Shown here one piece after another: positions 37,363-47,294 of a stretch of DNA of 64,000 bases; position 1 is the stretch's first letter, and every line of letters starts with the position of its first letter. Made by a program: the position numbers and the translations under genes. The notes beneath the pieces were generated by a model, which was not told where the DNA came from, made no database searches, and was given only the letters and a program-made list of their open reading frames with translations. The stretch covers positions 6,662 through 70,661 of the forward strand of contig JAUSIP010000001.1 in NCBI GenBank assembly GCA_030648005.1, read 5' to 3'. Source of the DNA: a bacterium (lineage in GTDB: Bacteria; Patescibacteriota; Minisyncoccia; Phycocordibacterales; UBA12445).

Positions 37363-39851
37363 TAGTTATCGGCATCGGAGCTGTCGTCAACTTCAACAGA
37401 AGTGGCAGTAGACGTCTCCTTCTTAACTTTCTCTTTCACTGGAAGTTTGCTTCTTTTCTCCGGCGCGACAGGTTCGTTCTTTGGCGGAACAATATTCTCA
37501 AGAGCTCCTCTACCGGCTTTCAAATTTATCAGAATATTCGCAACCTCCTTAGAATCCGGATTAAGAACGCTCAGCTCTTCAAACTCTTTGATCGCATCAT
37601 TAACCTTACCAAGCTTACTATAAGATATACCTAAGAAATATTTGGCATTGGCATAATTTGACTGTGCACCGGTTGCAGCCTTTAATGCTTCTACAGCCCC
37701 AGCATAATCCTTGTTCGTATATTTCAACAAACCGAGCTGGAATAAAATCCCAACATCGCCAGGTGAGAAAATAGCAGCCTGCTGTGCCTTCGCGATCGCT
37801 TCCGGCAAGTTTCCTTGCTTTGCCTCTATCTGAGATAAAAGGAATAAAGCTTCTGTGTAATTACTCTTCTTTGCTAATGCCTTAGCGATATATTCTTTAG
37901 CTTTAACACTGTCGCCCTTTGCAACTTCAACCTGGGCCAAATTTAAGTAGATGCTAGGATTCTTAGGATTGAGCACTAGCGCCTTATTATAGGAATCAAT
38001 AGCAAGATCATAAGATCCACTGATCACATCCTTAAGTGGGAGCACCGTCTCACCAACCTTACCCAAGGCGATCCAGTTAAAATAATTGGATGGATTAAGC
38101 TCCGTAGCCTTTCTTGCACTACCCGCCGCCGAAGTCAGATCAAGCTGCAACTGCTGAAATAAAGATTCTTTCGTCATACCAGATGAACCGGAGAGTAGGG
38201 AGCGAAGTTTAATCAAACCAATCTCTGTTAATGATCTATAATAAAGATCCTGTTCATCCATATCAATGGCACTCTTGATAGATCTCTCAACTTCCACAAT
38301 CCCCCCCACTTGATTGAAGTTATAAATACCACGCTGGAAAGTATATAGGGCACTAGATTTCTTATAGAGAGAGTAACTTCCAGATATGACCGATATAATA
38401 AGCAGAACAATAACAAGAACTGCAACAAAGCCGAGCTTCGGACTGTTAAGGAAAGAAAAACCATACTGCCTAACCAAACCGGCACGAGACAAAGAAGCCA
38501 AGAAAATGCCTGTGAACACGAAAGTTAACACCATCAACGCCGTATCTGTAACGTAGAATATAGAGAATGCCCAAAGATAGAAGCTTGCGATAAATGATGC
38601 CAGAATTATAAGCTGATCAGCCATATCCTCAAAGGAGACCATAAGCGCCTTGTATCCGTAATACACGAGGGATAATAGGAAAAGTCCTGCCGAAATCAAA
38701 CCAAATAATCCCAAGGTGATTGCATAAGATGGTATGCGCCCAAAACCGACATTGAATTCAGTATTCCAGAATATCGTGGAGTTGACCGCATCAGGCTTAT
38801 ACACTGACCACTCTTTTGCAAAAGTATTCGGTCCAGTACCAAGATAAAAACTCTTTTGCATTGTCGCTTTAGCAACCTCCATTGTTGACTGCCAAGACGG
38901 TCTGACTTCCAACTGATATATATTATATTTATTCAAAACAGGTCCTACGGAGTTAGCCCCAAAGAAGAGAACTATTGCCACAATAACCACAAAGAACGAC
39001 GGCTTAAAAATAATATTCTTATAATTGCTATGGCCTTCACTGAACATCCCCGACCTCGCAAGAGAATATATACATACAATAAGAGCGAAGACGCCGACTA
39101 TAACCCAAATAAGATTGTAGTTGGCTAAAGTAACCATCATTATGGAGAGGGCAAGTGTCATCCAAAGTATACTTTTTTTAAACTTTTTACCTCTAAGCGA
39201 AGGTGATTCCAAACCAACCAGAGCGAGTAACAAAGACAGGCCGAAGAAGATACCGAAATCGTTCCACTTTCCGATCATGTTAGATAAAACCCCACCCGAA
39301 AGAAGTTTAACAGGAGAAAGTATCTGGATCAGCTCGACTGCACCAATAATCAACGATGTGATTATCAATCCGTTAAAAAATCGAAAGGTCCTTTTCCGAG
39401 AATCGAAAAACGTGGAGGCCAGGAACATCGCTAAGAAGAAAACGATGGTTGAGACAAGTGTGTCGTTCTCGTATCCGAGTCCAAAAACCGATAAGCCAAG
39501 AGCTGGAGCAAGGAGAGAAGATGCGGTAAACGAAGCCACAAGCAACAGACTTGTCCAAAAAATAGCTCCACCCGGAAAAGTGAACTTGCCGTCCTCAAGC
39601 CTGGTTATGAGCCACAATACAAAAGAGACAAGGACTCCGCCCGAAAATAGAATCTTCTTTGCAAACTCAAGCTGAAAACCAGAAGAAGCCGGTAAAATAA
39701 AAAGTGGAACCAGTAATATTGTGAATAAAAAAACAAAGTAAGAAAGTTTGCCTATAAATGGCATTGTTCCGTAGAAACGACTCTTTCGAGGAGTCTCGTC
39801 AGACTCCTCTACCACTTCATCAATAACGATATTTAAATCTTCTTCTTGCAT
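37362..39851 (-). CDS. Polytopic membrane protein (O-antigen-ligase-like) with C-terminal TPRs
   Basis: About 12 TM helices, GTGPNTF loop, TPR repeats (ALVLNPKNP, YANAKYFLG). Confidence 0.8.
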   Translation of the reverse strand: MQEEDLNIVIDEVVEESDETPRKSRFYGTMPFIGKLSYFVFLFTILLVPLFILPASSGFQLEFAKKILFSGGVLVSFVLWLITRLEDGKFTFPGGAIFWTSLLLVASFTASSLLAPALGLSVFGLGYENDTLVSTIVFFLAMFLASTFFDSRKRTFRFFNGLIITSLIIGAVELIQILSPVKLLSGGVLSNMIGKWNDFGIFFGLSLLLALVGLESPSLRGKKFKKSILWMTLALSIMMVTLANYNLIWVIVGVFALIVCIYSLARSGMFSEGHSNYKNIIFKPSFFVVIVAIVLFFGANSVGPVLNKYNIYQLEVRPSWQSTMEVAKATMQKSFYLGTGPNTFAKEWSVYKPDAVNSTIFWNTEFNVGFGRIPSYAITLGLFGLISAGLFLLSLVYYGYKALMVSFEDMADQLIILASFIASFYLWAFSIFYVTDTALMVLTFVFTGIFLASLSRAGLVRQYGFSFLNSPKLGFVAVLVIVLLIISVISGSYSLYKKSSALYTFQRGIYNFNQVGGIVEVERSIKSAIDMDEQDLYYRSLTEIGLIKLRSLLSGSSGMTKESLFQQLQLDLTSAAGSARKATELNPSNYFNWIALGKVGETVLPLKDVISGSYDLAIDSYNKALVLNPKNPSIYLNLAQVEVAKGDSVKAKEYIAKALAKKSNYTEALFLLSQIEAKQGNLPEAIAKAQQAAIFSPGDVGILFQLGLLKYTNKDYAGAVEALKAATGAQSNYANAKYFLGISYSKLGKVNDAIKEFEELSVLNPDSKEVANILINLKAGRGALENIVPPKNEPVAPEKRSKLPVKEKVKKETSTATSVEVDDSSDADN

Positions 39852-39921
39852 ATTTTTAATTATAAACTCCTTAGGCGATTAATATGCTACTAATTTTATA
39901 CCAGTCTGTTATAATCTACAA

Positions 39922-40653
39922 GTGCAAGAAAAGATACCCCACGGCCATAGTGAGAATCTCCACCAGACTGATCATGGTCTGTATATAAGCGACCTGGTAT
40001 ATGGATCAAACGACGGTATTATAACCACATTTGCAGTGGTTTCCGGAGCGGCAGGAGCGGCCTTAACCACAGAAACCATCATAATCCTAGGGCTGGCCTC
40101 GCTCGTTGCTGATGGTATTTCCATGGGGATATCTAATTATCTAGCCATCTCTTCCAGGCTCGACTACCAGAAGCAAGAACGAAGGAGAGAAGAATTTGAA
40201 GTTGATAATTTCCCAGAGAAAGAGCGTTCGGAGGTTAGAGAGATACTAGAACGCTGGGGTATCCCGGAGAGGTATATGGAGGAAACTCTGACTTCCATAA
40301 CGAGCGACAAGACACGCTGGGTAGATTTAATGATGAAAGAAGAGCTCGGAATATTCGAAGATAAGATAGAATCCCCTTCAAAACACGGACTCGTAACAAT
40401 GGGCGCTTTCGTAATAGCGGGATCTCTCCCTTTGACACCGTATCTTTTTGGTGTAAATGCAGACTCGCAATTCATCGTTTCAATAATCGCCACCGCTAGC
40501 TCACTCTTTGTTGTTGGTTCAGCAAGGACATATCTAACGGGAGCCAAGTGGTTCCAATCTGGACTTCAAATGCTTCTGGTTGGCAGTGCTGCTGCTGCCA
40601 GCGCTTATCTCGTAGGCGCTCTGGTCAAGAACTTCTTTGGGATCATGATCTAA
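39922..40653 (+). CDS. VIT1/CCC1 family Fe/Mn transporter
   Basis: VYGSNDGIITTFAVV, ADGISMG, MMKEELG. Confidence 0.92.
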   Translation: MQEKIPHGHSENLHQTDHGLYISDLVYGSNDGIITTFAVVSGAAGAALTTETIIILGLASLVADGISMGISNYLAISSRLDYQKQERRREEFEVDNFPEKERSEVREILERWGIPERYMEETLTSITSDKTRWVDLMMKEELGIFEDKIESPSKHGLVTMGAFVIAGSLPLTPYLFGVNADSQFIVSIIATASSLFVVGSARTYLTGAKWFQSGLQMLLVGSAAAASAYLVGALVKNFFGIMI

Positions 40654-40667
40654 TAGAACCTACTATT

Positions 40668-41591
40668 CTAGATTTTCTTCGGAAATAGGACAGAAAGCCA
40701 TAGCGATAATCCGAGGGTTGACATTATTATCGCCAGGGACATGAGTGATGATATGTGAATGCTAAATATCCCAGCAAGCATTTTTAAACCAATGAAAACC
40801 AATATAAAAGCCAGGCCCTTCTGAAGATGGTGAAAGCGGTGCAAAAAACTTTCAATCAGGAAGAAGAGCGCTCGAAGTCCCATCACTGCAAAAATATTGG
40901 AGGTGAAGACGATGAAACTGTTTTGTGATATGGCGAAAGCTGCCGGAATGGAATCCACCGCGAAAACGATATCTGTCGTTTCAACAATGATTACGATCAA
41001 GAAGAGCAGCGTGAAGTGGATCTTCCCTTTCTCCCAAAGAACAAACTTACCTTCATGATCAGCTGTGCTGAAACGGAGATATTTCCTGGCATATTTCACA
41101 ACAATACTATTCTCAAAATCAGCATGCTCCTCTTTCTTATCCGCAAAAAGTTTTATACCGGTATATAGAAGTAGAGCGCCAAAAATATACAGAACAAAAT
41201 GGAACTGCTCTATTATATAGGCGCCGGCAACAATGAATACGCCTCTGGAGACGATCGCTCCAAGTATCCCCCAGAAGAGAACCTTGTGGTGATACTTTTC
41301 CGGAAGCTTAAAGTAGTTAAAGATCAACATTATGACAAAAAGATTATCGACGGAGAGCATCTTCTCAGTCACGTAAGCGCCCATGAACTCTGCCGCCAAC
41401 TCCCGACTCATAAAGAGAAATACAAGAAAGGCAAAAGCGAAAGATATAGCCACCCAGAAGAGCGACTGGATGAGCGCCTCCTTTGGTTCTATGCGATGTG
41501 CCCTTTTATTAAAGAAGCCAAGATCAGCTATCAAAAAACCGATAATAGTAATTCCAAATAGTATAGATAGATAAAATTGTGGATCAGTCAT
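40668..41591 (-). CDS. TerC/Alx family metal homeostasis membrane protein
   Basis: EKMLSVDNLFV, DIVFAVDSIPA, SNIFAVMGLRALFF. Confidence 0.93.
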   Translation of the reverse strand: MTDPQFYLSILFGITIIGFLIADLGFFNKRAHRIEPKEALIQSLFWVAISFAFAFLVFLFMSRELAAEFMGAYVTEKMLSVDNLFVIMLIFNYFKLPEKYHHKVLFWGILGAIVSRGVFIVAGAYIIEQFHFVLYIFGALLLYTGIKLFADKKEEHADFENSIVVKYARKYLRFSTADHEGKFVLWEKGKIHFTLLFLIVIIVETTDIVFAVDSIPAAFAISQNSFIVFTSNIFAVMGLRALFFLIESFLHRFHHLQKGLAFILVFIGLKMLAGIFSIHISSLMSLAIIMSTLGLSLWLSVLFPKKI

Positions 41592-41654
41592 CAGCTATTT
41601 ATATCATTTGTCGGAGATAAAAGAAAAGCCCCGATAGACATCGGGGGGGTATCT

Positions 41655-42296
41655 CTAAAAGAACAACAACATCTGCTGTGCGACACTATCTAACCCCCCT
41701 TTATTCGAGAGGAAGATATATGGGATATCGGATGCGAGCGCATCTTTGTCCTGCTCCCAATAATCAACTTCACCCAAAGAAAGTATATAGAAGGACGCAA
41801 CGAAACTTTCAGGATCATCATACTTTGTCGAGATGTAACTACGTACCGAACGGACAGCCTCGGGTTCAAGTATCATAAACCGTGGATAAGCATCGGCAGT
41901 GAGCGGCTCGAGAGCTTTAACGAGAGAAGTCTTGTGTGTAGCATAGTAGTTCTCATGCTCTTCAGATACAGAGAGATATCTATTCTGGTGTCTTACAAAT
42001 CGCTCCGCTGGCACATTGTATATATATTCACCGGGTAGATCTGAAACCATTGGCCCGCGAGTCGTGAAGCTTCTGATTAAGCGAAGGTTCGGCCTCATCT
42101 CAAAAATCTTCCTCATAACATTAGTTTTATTTGCATCAGACGCAGATGTTACTGTGCAGATTGCAGGTCGTATGAACCTGCTAGGATCTCCCCGGAGGCT
42201 CACATATTCAAACTCTTGCCCAAAAGATATTAGCTCACGTATCTCCGCATGAATCTCTTTGGATATCCCACGGTTTATTATAATCACCCGCTTCAT
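41655..42296 (-). CDS. Degenerate guanylate-kinase-like protein
   Basis: SFTTRGP..DLPGEYIYNV...F and ENYY resemble Gmk; the P-loop reads SASDANKT; AGGAGG SD. Confidence 0.55.
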   Translation of the reverse strand: MKRVIIINRGISKEIHAEIRELISFGQEFEYVSLRGDPSRFIRPAICTVTSASDANKTNVMRKIFEMRPNLRLIRSFTTRGPMVSDLPGEYIYNVPAERFVRHQNRYLSVSEEHENYYATHKTSLVKALEPLTADAYPRFMILEPEAVRSVRSYISTKYDDPESFVASFYILSLGEVDYWEQDKDALASDIPYIFLSNKGGLDSVAQQMLLFF

Positions 42297-42418
42297 CTGA
42301 AACCTCCTTGTCAACGAACTAGAACAGCAATATCTTGCTGTAATATAGTATGAAATCAATTATTTGCCAATGTAGGCAAGAAAAAACCCATACTGCTTTA
42401 GCGGTATGGGGATAGGTT

Positions 42419-43195
42419 TTAGGCCTCGTAGACTATTGGATAGCGAATCAGATAATAGAAGGGTTCCTTGCAAATCGGCCGATATGGATCAAACCGACTT
42501 CTCTCACGATAGATGTATTGCCAATGATCGCGAACGACTCCCTCCTCAAGTAGAACTATACTCGAAGATCTTGTACCGTAGTTGTATATTGGATCGTCGA
42601 TGCAAGTGCCAAAATAAGGGTCACCGTGAATATCCAGCACCACTCGCAAGACCCCGACCGAAGGCTCCTGTTCGGTGATATTGGTGTTTCGGCAAACATT
42701 CAAGACGTTCTGAACGGACAAAGAATGATCTCCACCTATAACCCTGCCCACACCATGATTAGTGACGACCAAGATCCCATCTCCCTCTATCGTAGACTCG
42801 ATAACCTTACCATCACCCTTAAGAAGAAACATCTTATTCTTGTCGCCTACAACCATATAGAAACCGTTATAATCACTACCCGGCAGGCGATTGATCTCTT
42901 CAAAGGCTCGCTCCGCACTCTTATGTCGGAGCGCCCGCATAACGAGCTCTCCCCGACTGACTCTGTCCGGCACTGATGTCACAGAGGGACGATTTGTAAG
43001 TGCTGCAAAAACACCATGACCATTAACTCCGTTCCATGTACCTCCGCGCTCCATGTCCTTGGGAGCGAAGATCCTGTGCTCCCAATCCCGCATTCCAGGC
43101 GATTCCGAAAGGCGATCAAGCCGTTCATCGCGATTAGACGCAAATGCAATCCTGTAACGAGGAAAGATGTTATTAAACACAACCAACGTGCCCAT
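42419..43195 (-). CDS. NRDE/TANGO2 family protein
   Basis: ASNRDE, GGTWNGVN, LTN, SRGELV, YNGF, YGTRSSS. Confidence 0.9.
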   Translation of the reverse strand: MGTLVVFNNIFPRYRIAFASNRDERLDRLSESPGMRDWEHRIFAPKDMERGGTWNGVNGHGVFAALTNRPSVTSVPDRVSRGELVMRALRHKSAERAFEEINRLPGSDYNGFYMVVGDKNKMFLLKGDGKVIESTIEGDGILVVTNHGVGRVIGGDHSLSVQNVLNVCRNTNITEQEPSVGVLRVVLDIHGDPYFGTCIDDPIYNYGTRSSSIVLLEEGVVRDHWQYIYRERSRFDPYRPICKEPFYYLIRYPIVYEA

Positions 43196-43198
43196 TTA

Positions 43199-43918
43199 TC
43201 ATTCGCCTCCTTGCCCCGAGATTTGTCGTGGGGCTTCTTCAGTAAGCTTCTTAAGAAGCTCCTCCGGCAATTTGTCGCGTGTCACATGCTGGCATGAACC
43301 GTCAGCACTGACAATGATCGCACGTACCCTTTTCCATTCGTCACAGTTGGCTACAATAAAGTCTGCCTTCGAATCATGCATACTCTTTGTGGCGATCTCA
43401 ATCAACTTCTCATCAGAAACACCCATCTCGTGCTTGAACTTCACTAGCTTACCCTTAAAACCCCAGGTGTCGCGGATCTTGTCAACAATCTTCTCTGTCC
43501 GCAGAAGCTCGAGAGAAAGTCTATCGTGAGGTGTCTTGATCTTGGTACTATTATCTATCTGATGATAAGCACCTCCGATATTACTCGCGAACACACCTGC
43601 GACATACCAGTCACTCACTGCCGCTGAATGGATCACTACATCATATTTGCCACCTCGAATCTCTTTTTCTATCAAGAACTTCAACTCATCATATGTCCGA
43701 AAGTGCTTCACATTTCGAAGAAGGAGATTCTCACGGAACTTCAGAATGTCGTCGCGATTGGAGAAACTCTCATCTGCAGTCAGGATCGTTACATCATGTT
43801 CTTTACCCCGAAAATATCTGGCGATCTTTTCACCTGTTCTACCTGTAGCATTGTTAGTAATCGAGCGAATCGCATCAATATCCTCGTCTGTCCCGCCAGC
43901 CGTTACTAGAACTCGCAT
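43199..43918 (-). CDS. Standalone phosphopantothenate-cysteine ligase-like protein (CoaB domain)
   Basis: VLVTAGGTDEDIDAIRSITNNATG, HSAAVSD, VKFKHE, IVAN. Confidence 0.85.
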   Translation of the reverse strand: MRVLVTAGGTDEDIDAIRSITNNATGRTGEKIARYFRGKEHDVTILTADESFSNRDDILKFRENLLLRNVKHFRTYDELKFLIEKEIRGGKYDVVIHSAAVSDWYVAGVFASNIGGAYHQIDNSTKIKTPHDRLSLELLRTEKIVDKIRDTWGFKGKLVKFKHEMGVSDEKLIEIATKSMHDSKADFIVANCDEWKRVRAIIVSADGSCQHVTRDKLPEELLKKLTEEAPRQISGQGGE

Positions 43919-44015
43919 GGTGTATCCTCCTTATCAATGAACCCAGCCCATCCACACCAAAACTACCACATTAGTATGTGGCTGTCTATTGATGAAATTT
44001 ATACGGAAGAAAAAA

Positions 44016-44075
44016 CTATTTCTTTGCCTTCTTCGGCTTCTTCTTCTCCTTTCTATGTCCGTCTCCTTTTGCCAT
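44016..44075 (-). CDS. Putative 19-aa Lys-rich peptide
   Basis: MAKGDGHRKEKKKPKKAKK; TATAAT 6 nt upstream of the ATG. Confidence 0.45.
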   Translation of the reverse strand: MAKGDGHRKEKKKPKKAKK

Positions 44076-44117
44076 ATCTAAATTATAACATCACTCCTCC
44101 CAAAACTTATCCACAGT

Positions 44118-44167
44118 AAAAACTCGAAGTGAGTCTTCCTATATAGGAAGACTCACTTCGAGTTTTT
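44118..44167. repeat. 50-bp palindrome, copy 2
   Basis: Near-identical to 30690-30739; abuts the stop codon of the nuclease gene. Confidence 0.9.
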
Positions 44168-45049
44168 TTAGATAATCTCGGCTAGATCTTCGTATGTATC
44201 TTCCTTCGGAATAATGTAGATATCCTGCCCATACCCTCCAGTGCCGACATACTCCGCCTCGCCATTAAGTACCGCCTCGAAGTCCTGACAGGCGAAACAT
44301 CCCTCCTCACCTCGTGGACAATCGAACTCCTTCGCCAGCCGTGCCGCCTTAACCTTTCGAGCAACTGTTAAAACTTTCTCCTTCGCTTCAGTTAAATCCG
44401 GTATCTTCATTGACGTTAGTTCATCGCTTCGGTCTAAGTACCAGTAGGCTACGCCGGAAACTTTCCTTTTTTGCAGAGCATTAAGTAGGAGCATGTATAT
44501 TGGCAACTGAAGGGAACCTTCCCCCTCGTCATGTTTACCAGTTTTAAAATCAATCACCACAATACTGTCATCTTCAGGCTTGTACTCCATCCAATCGATC
44601 AATCCGCACAAAATAATATTCTCATCCTCTGACAAATAAAAGTTTGGTGGCATGCCGTTGTGTCCATCCTTTAGTCTGACTGTTTTCTTAGCTAAAGGTC
44701 CCGGATGTTTTATGGCTCGCTCGATCATCGCCTTACCTCGTGCCTTCGCCTCCGCTTCCTCTTCCGCTGACTGGAATCCGCCCTTTTTGCCAGACACCTT
44801 CATCCAAGCCACTTCATAATCCTCCAGCAAGTTCCTCTTTAGTCGTTCTTCGGTCGGTATCGTTTTTAAATTCTCCAACACTTCATGCACCGCCGTACCC
44901 AGCGACAACGCCGGACTTATGACCGCAATCTTCCGCCCGCTCTTCGGATCCTTGTAGACATTCTTAAGAAAGTAAGCGCGCGGACACTTCAAGAAGTCCC
45001 CCATCGAAGAGTGTGATACCCAGACTGCGGTGTATTTGTCTTGCGGCAC
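44168..45049 (-). CDS. PD-(D/E)XK nuclease family protein (RecB/AddB/Cas4-like, probable Fe-S)
   Basis: SHSS...CPR, GTAVHEVLE, GLID, IDFKTG, QLPIY, C-terminal CPRGEEGCFAC. Confidence 0.85.
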   Translation of the reverse strand: MPQDKYTAVWVSHSSMGDFLKCPRAYFLKNVYKDPKSGRKIAVISPALSLGTAVHEVLENLKTIPTEERLKRNLLEDYEVAWMKVSGKKGGFQSAEEEAEAKARGKAMIERAIKHPGPLAKKTVRLKDGHNGMPPNFYLSEDENIILCGLIDWMEYKPEDDSIVVIDFKTGKHDEGEGSLQLPIYMLLLNALQKRKVSGVAYWYLDRSDELTSMKIPDLTEAKEKVLTVARKVKAARLAKEFDCPRGEEGCFACQDFEAVLNGEAEYVGTGGYGQDIYIIPKEDTYEDLAEII

Positions 45050-45052
45050 GTT

Positions 45053-45970
45053 CTATTCCGCTAACATCTTATCCATCGCCTGGTCATAACGCTTCAAACA
45101 TTCCCTGCTCCGGGCTTCATATGTAGCACCAGCAGACTTCTTAAAAACGAAGGCGCGGAACTGTATGAACCATGTTGCAAACGGATTATAATTCGCTTTG
45201 TACAGTGAAGCAATACATTGATTTCTATAGGCGACAACATGGGACCGATATCCTCTCGCGCATCTTATAGCCTTATCTTCGCTGGTTTCGCCTTCCTTTG
45301 GCTCAGCCGACTTCAAACAGATATTTATATATTTCTCCCCCGTAGTGAGTTCGATCGGCTTATTCAAGGTGTAATCCGTCTCGCAAAGTTTTTTTCTTGT
45401 CTCTTCTGATGTGTCCGGCCACTTACCCATTTCCATACATCGGTTTAAATAACTCTTACATGTATCTTTCTCTCCTATGCTGCCTACCAATTCGGAACAA
45501 TAGTACTTGTATACCGGCGCCTTGCACTTATTTTCATCTACTATGATCGGGATCTCGGCTGTGGTTGGAGTATCGAAGACCCCGCGCTTCTGCATAGAAT
45601 TAGTATCCGCCACCGCTAGGTCACTACAACAAGAGGCGGCATTAGGATTATTGTAGACGATCATGCACTTCTGAACATATCTGCTGTGATATTTTTTAGC
45701 GGCGTCATTCCAGGCTTCAGGATTGCCGGGTAAGGGTGAGGGTGGTATTGTATTTTGATCTGCATTGATCGCGCAACCTCTGTCGCATTTAGCGATCTCC
45801 GCCAGACTTTGATCCAGTGGCAGCTTCTTCAACAGAACAGCATCGGAGCATGAAGCCTTGCAGGCGCGATACTCCTCCAAACTCTTTGTGCTGGCAATTT
45901 GAGGCGATAATGCATAGGCGGGCAAGTATCCTAATAAAAAAGTGAACGCTAATATTATTATCTTCTTCAT
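45053..45970 (-). CDS. Cys-rich exported hypothetical protein
   Basis: Signal peptide; repeated CxxxC and C-x(7-10)-C patterns. Confidence 0.7.
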   Translation of the reverse strand: MKKIIILAFTFLLGYLPAYALSPQIASTKSLEEYRACKASCSDAVLLKKLPLDQSLAEIAKCDRGCAINADQNTIPPSPLPGNPEAWNDAAKKYHSRYVQKCMIVYNNPNAASCCSDLAVADTNSMQKRGVFDTPTTAEIPIIVDENKCKAPVYKYYCSELVGSIGEKDTCKSYLNRCMEMGKWPDTSEETRKKLCETDYTLNKPIELTTGEKYINICLKSAEPKEGETSEDKAIRCARGYRSHVVAYRNQCIASLYKANYNPFATWFIQFRAFVFKKSAGATYEARSRECLKRYDQAMDKMLAE

Positions 45971-46058
45971 GCTTGTATATTAATATTTTTCGCCCGCTAA
46001 ATCAATACATTACTGCACAAGACAGTCTTGTACAGTACTTATATTTTAATTTTAGCTT

Positions 46059-46313
46059 CTACTTATAAACATCTTTGCGGTGCTCGAATTTTATGACTGA
46101 AATCAATAGTTCTTGTTTATAAATTTTATATATGATACGAAACGGCCAGACGCGGACAGTATATTCGTCTTTATGTTTACCATGAAGTTTCTTGCCTGAA
46201 AACGGATCCGCCCTAATGGCGGAGAGAACTTGCATGGCTCTATTATAGTCCTCATCATTCAGACTATCGAGATTCTTTTCTGCTTTTGGTTTGATCTTTA
46301 GTATGAATGCCAT
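46059..46313 (-). CDS. RelE/ParE family toxin
   Basis: AEKNLDSL, P..GKKLHG, VRVWPFRIIY, HRKDVY. Confidence 0.88.
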   Translation of the reverse strand: MAFILKIKPKAEKNLDSLNDEDYNRAMQVLSAIRADPFSGKKLHGKHKDEYTVRVWPFRIIYKIYKQELLISVIKFEHRKDVYK

Positions 46314-46629
46314 ATTTTCTTTTTGGTTTTTCTGCCAGAGATCGAGGTCGTTTTGCGATCATCTCTTCAAGAGATACCCAGTTTTTATAATCTCCCGACC
46401 TTACAGCCTCATCAGTCTCAGTGACTTCCTTCTCTAGATCAGGAAAAGTACGAAGGACATCTAATGTTTCCACCCAGGATTCATATTCTTCCGCAGACAT
46501 AATAACCACCTTTGGCTTGCCGTCGGCAGTTAATGTATAAACTTTGTTTGGTGACTGCACTTCGTCAGCAATCTCAAAAATACGCTTGCGCGCATCGGAT
46601 ATAGAAATTGTTGTTTTTACATTTGTCAT
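46264..46629 (-). CDS. Phd/YefM family antitoxin
   Basis: ISISDAR, GKPKVVIMSAEEYESWVETL; overlaps the toxin gene. Confidence 0.88.
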   Translation of the reverse strand: MTNVKTTISISDARKRIFEIADEVQSPNKVYTLTADGKPKVVIMSAEEYESWVETLDVLRTFPDLEKEVTETDEAVRSGDYKNWVSLEEMIAKRPRSLAEKPKRKYGIHTKDQTKSRKESR

Positions 46630-46684
46630 GTTATGTACACTATAGCGTACATAGTATATTATCGCAAGCCACCTGTCTCTCCAC

Positions 46685-47278
46685 TTAAGGGCAGGGTGCG
46701 AATTCGCAGTTGGGGCCGGTGCGCCCGACAGCCGAGCCGTCAGGGCAGATCTTCGCCTCCATAGTACATGCCCTCATAGGCGGAGGTGTAGGCAGCGGCG
46801 GGGTCGGCATACTAACACCGCCTGTAGTTAGGTCGAAAAACACCGGTATCTCGAGAACGTCGTCGTGCTCGGGCAAGCCGGAAGGGTTGTCCTTCCGGAG
46901 TATCAGGGTTCCCCTGTTGCTTGATGCTTTTTTGTTGACCGTAAAAGTAATGGTGGCTTCGTACAGCACGAACTCCGGCGTCATCCACTCGCTCTGTGCT
47001 GTAGCAAAACTCTCCACCAGCACCTTGCCGTCCGCGTCGAGTAAGGTCACCGGGAAGCTGGCTTCAAAGTACCAGTTGCCTCTTGCCTCGCCTCTTATAA
47101 CGAGCGGGCTCTTGATGACTTGGTTCGGGCGCGGAGAGTCGACGCGGATAAGGTTCGATTTTTCATTTTCGAAATTCGTCACAACCGAAGCCGGCGCCTC
47201 TTTTCGCGCCATTTTTAACCCAACGCCAAGACCTGCGATAAATAATAGAGTGATAACTACTGCTAAAATATTTTTCAT
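46685..47278 (-). CDS. Membrane-anchored Gmad2-like Ig domain protein with a Cys-rich tail
   Basis: SPLVIRGEARGNWYFEASFPV, KDNPSG, ACTMEAKICPDGSAVGRTGPNCEFAPCP. Confidence 0.8.
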   Translation of the reverse strand: MKNILAVVITLLFIAGLGVGLKMARKEAPASVVTNFENEKSNLIRVDSPRPNQVIKSPLVIRGEARGNWYFEASFPVTLLDADGKVLVESFATAQSEWMTPEFVLYEATITFTVNKKASSNRGTLILRKDNPSGLPEHDDVLEIPVFFDLTTGGVSMPTPPLPTPPPMRACTMEAKICPDGSAVGRTGPNCEFAPCP

Positions 47279-47294
47279 AAGGCTAATTATAGCT

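Noticed and set aside
44107-44115. DnaA box TTATCCACA (another at ~56525)
   Set aside because: Isolated single boxes with no cluster and no dnaA/dnaN nearby; not evidence for oriC
44168-45049. Cas4-like nuclease suggesting a CRISPR locus
   Set aside because: No repeat-spacer array or other cas genes in the window; solo PD-(D/E)XK proteins are common
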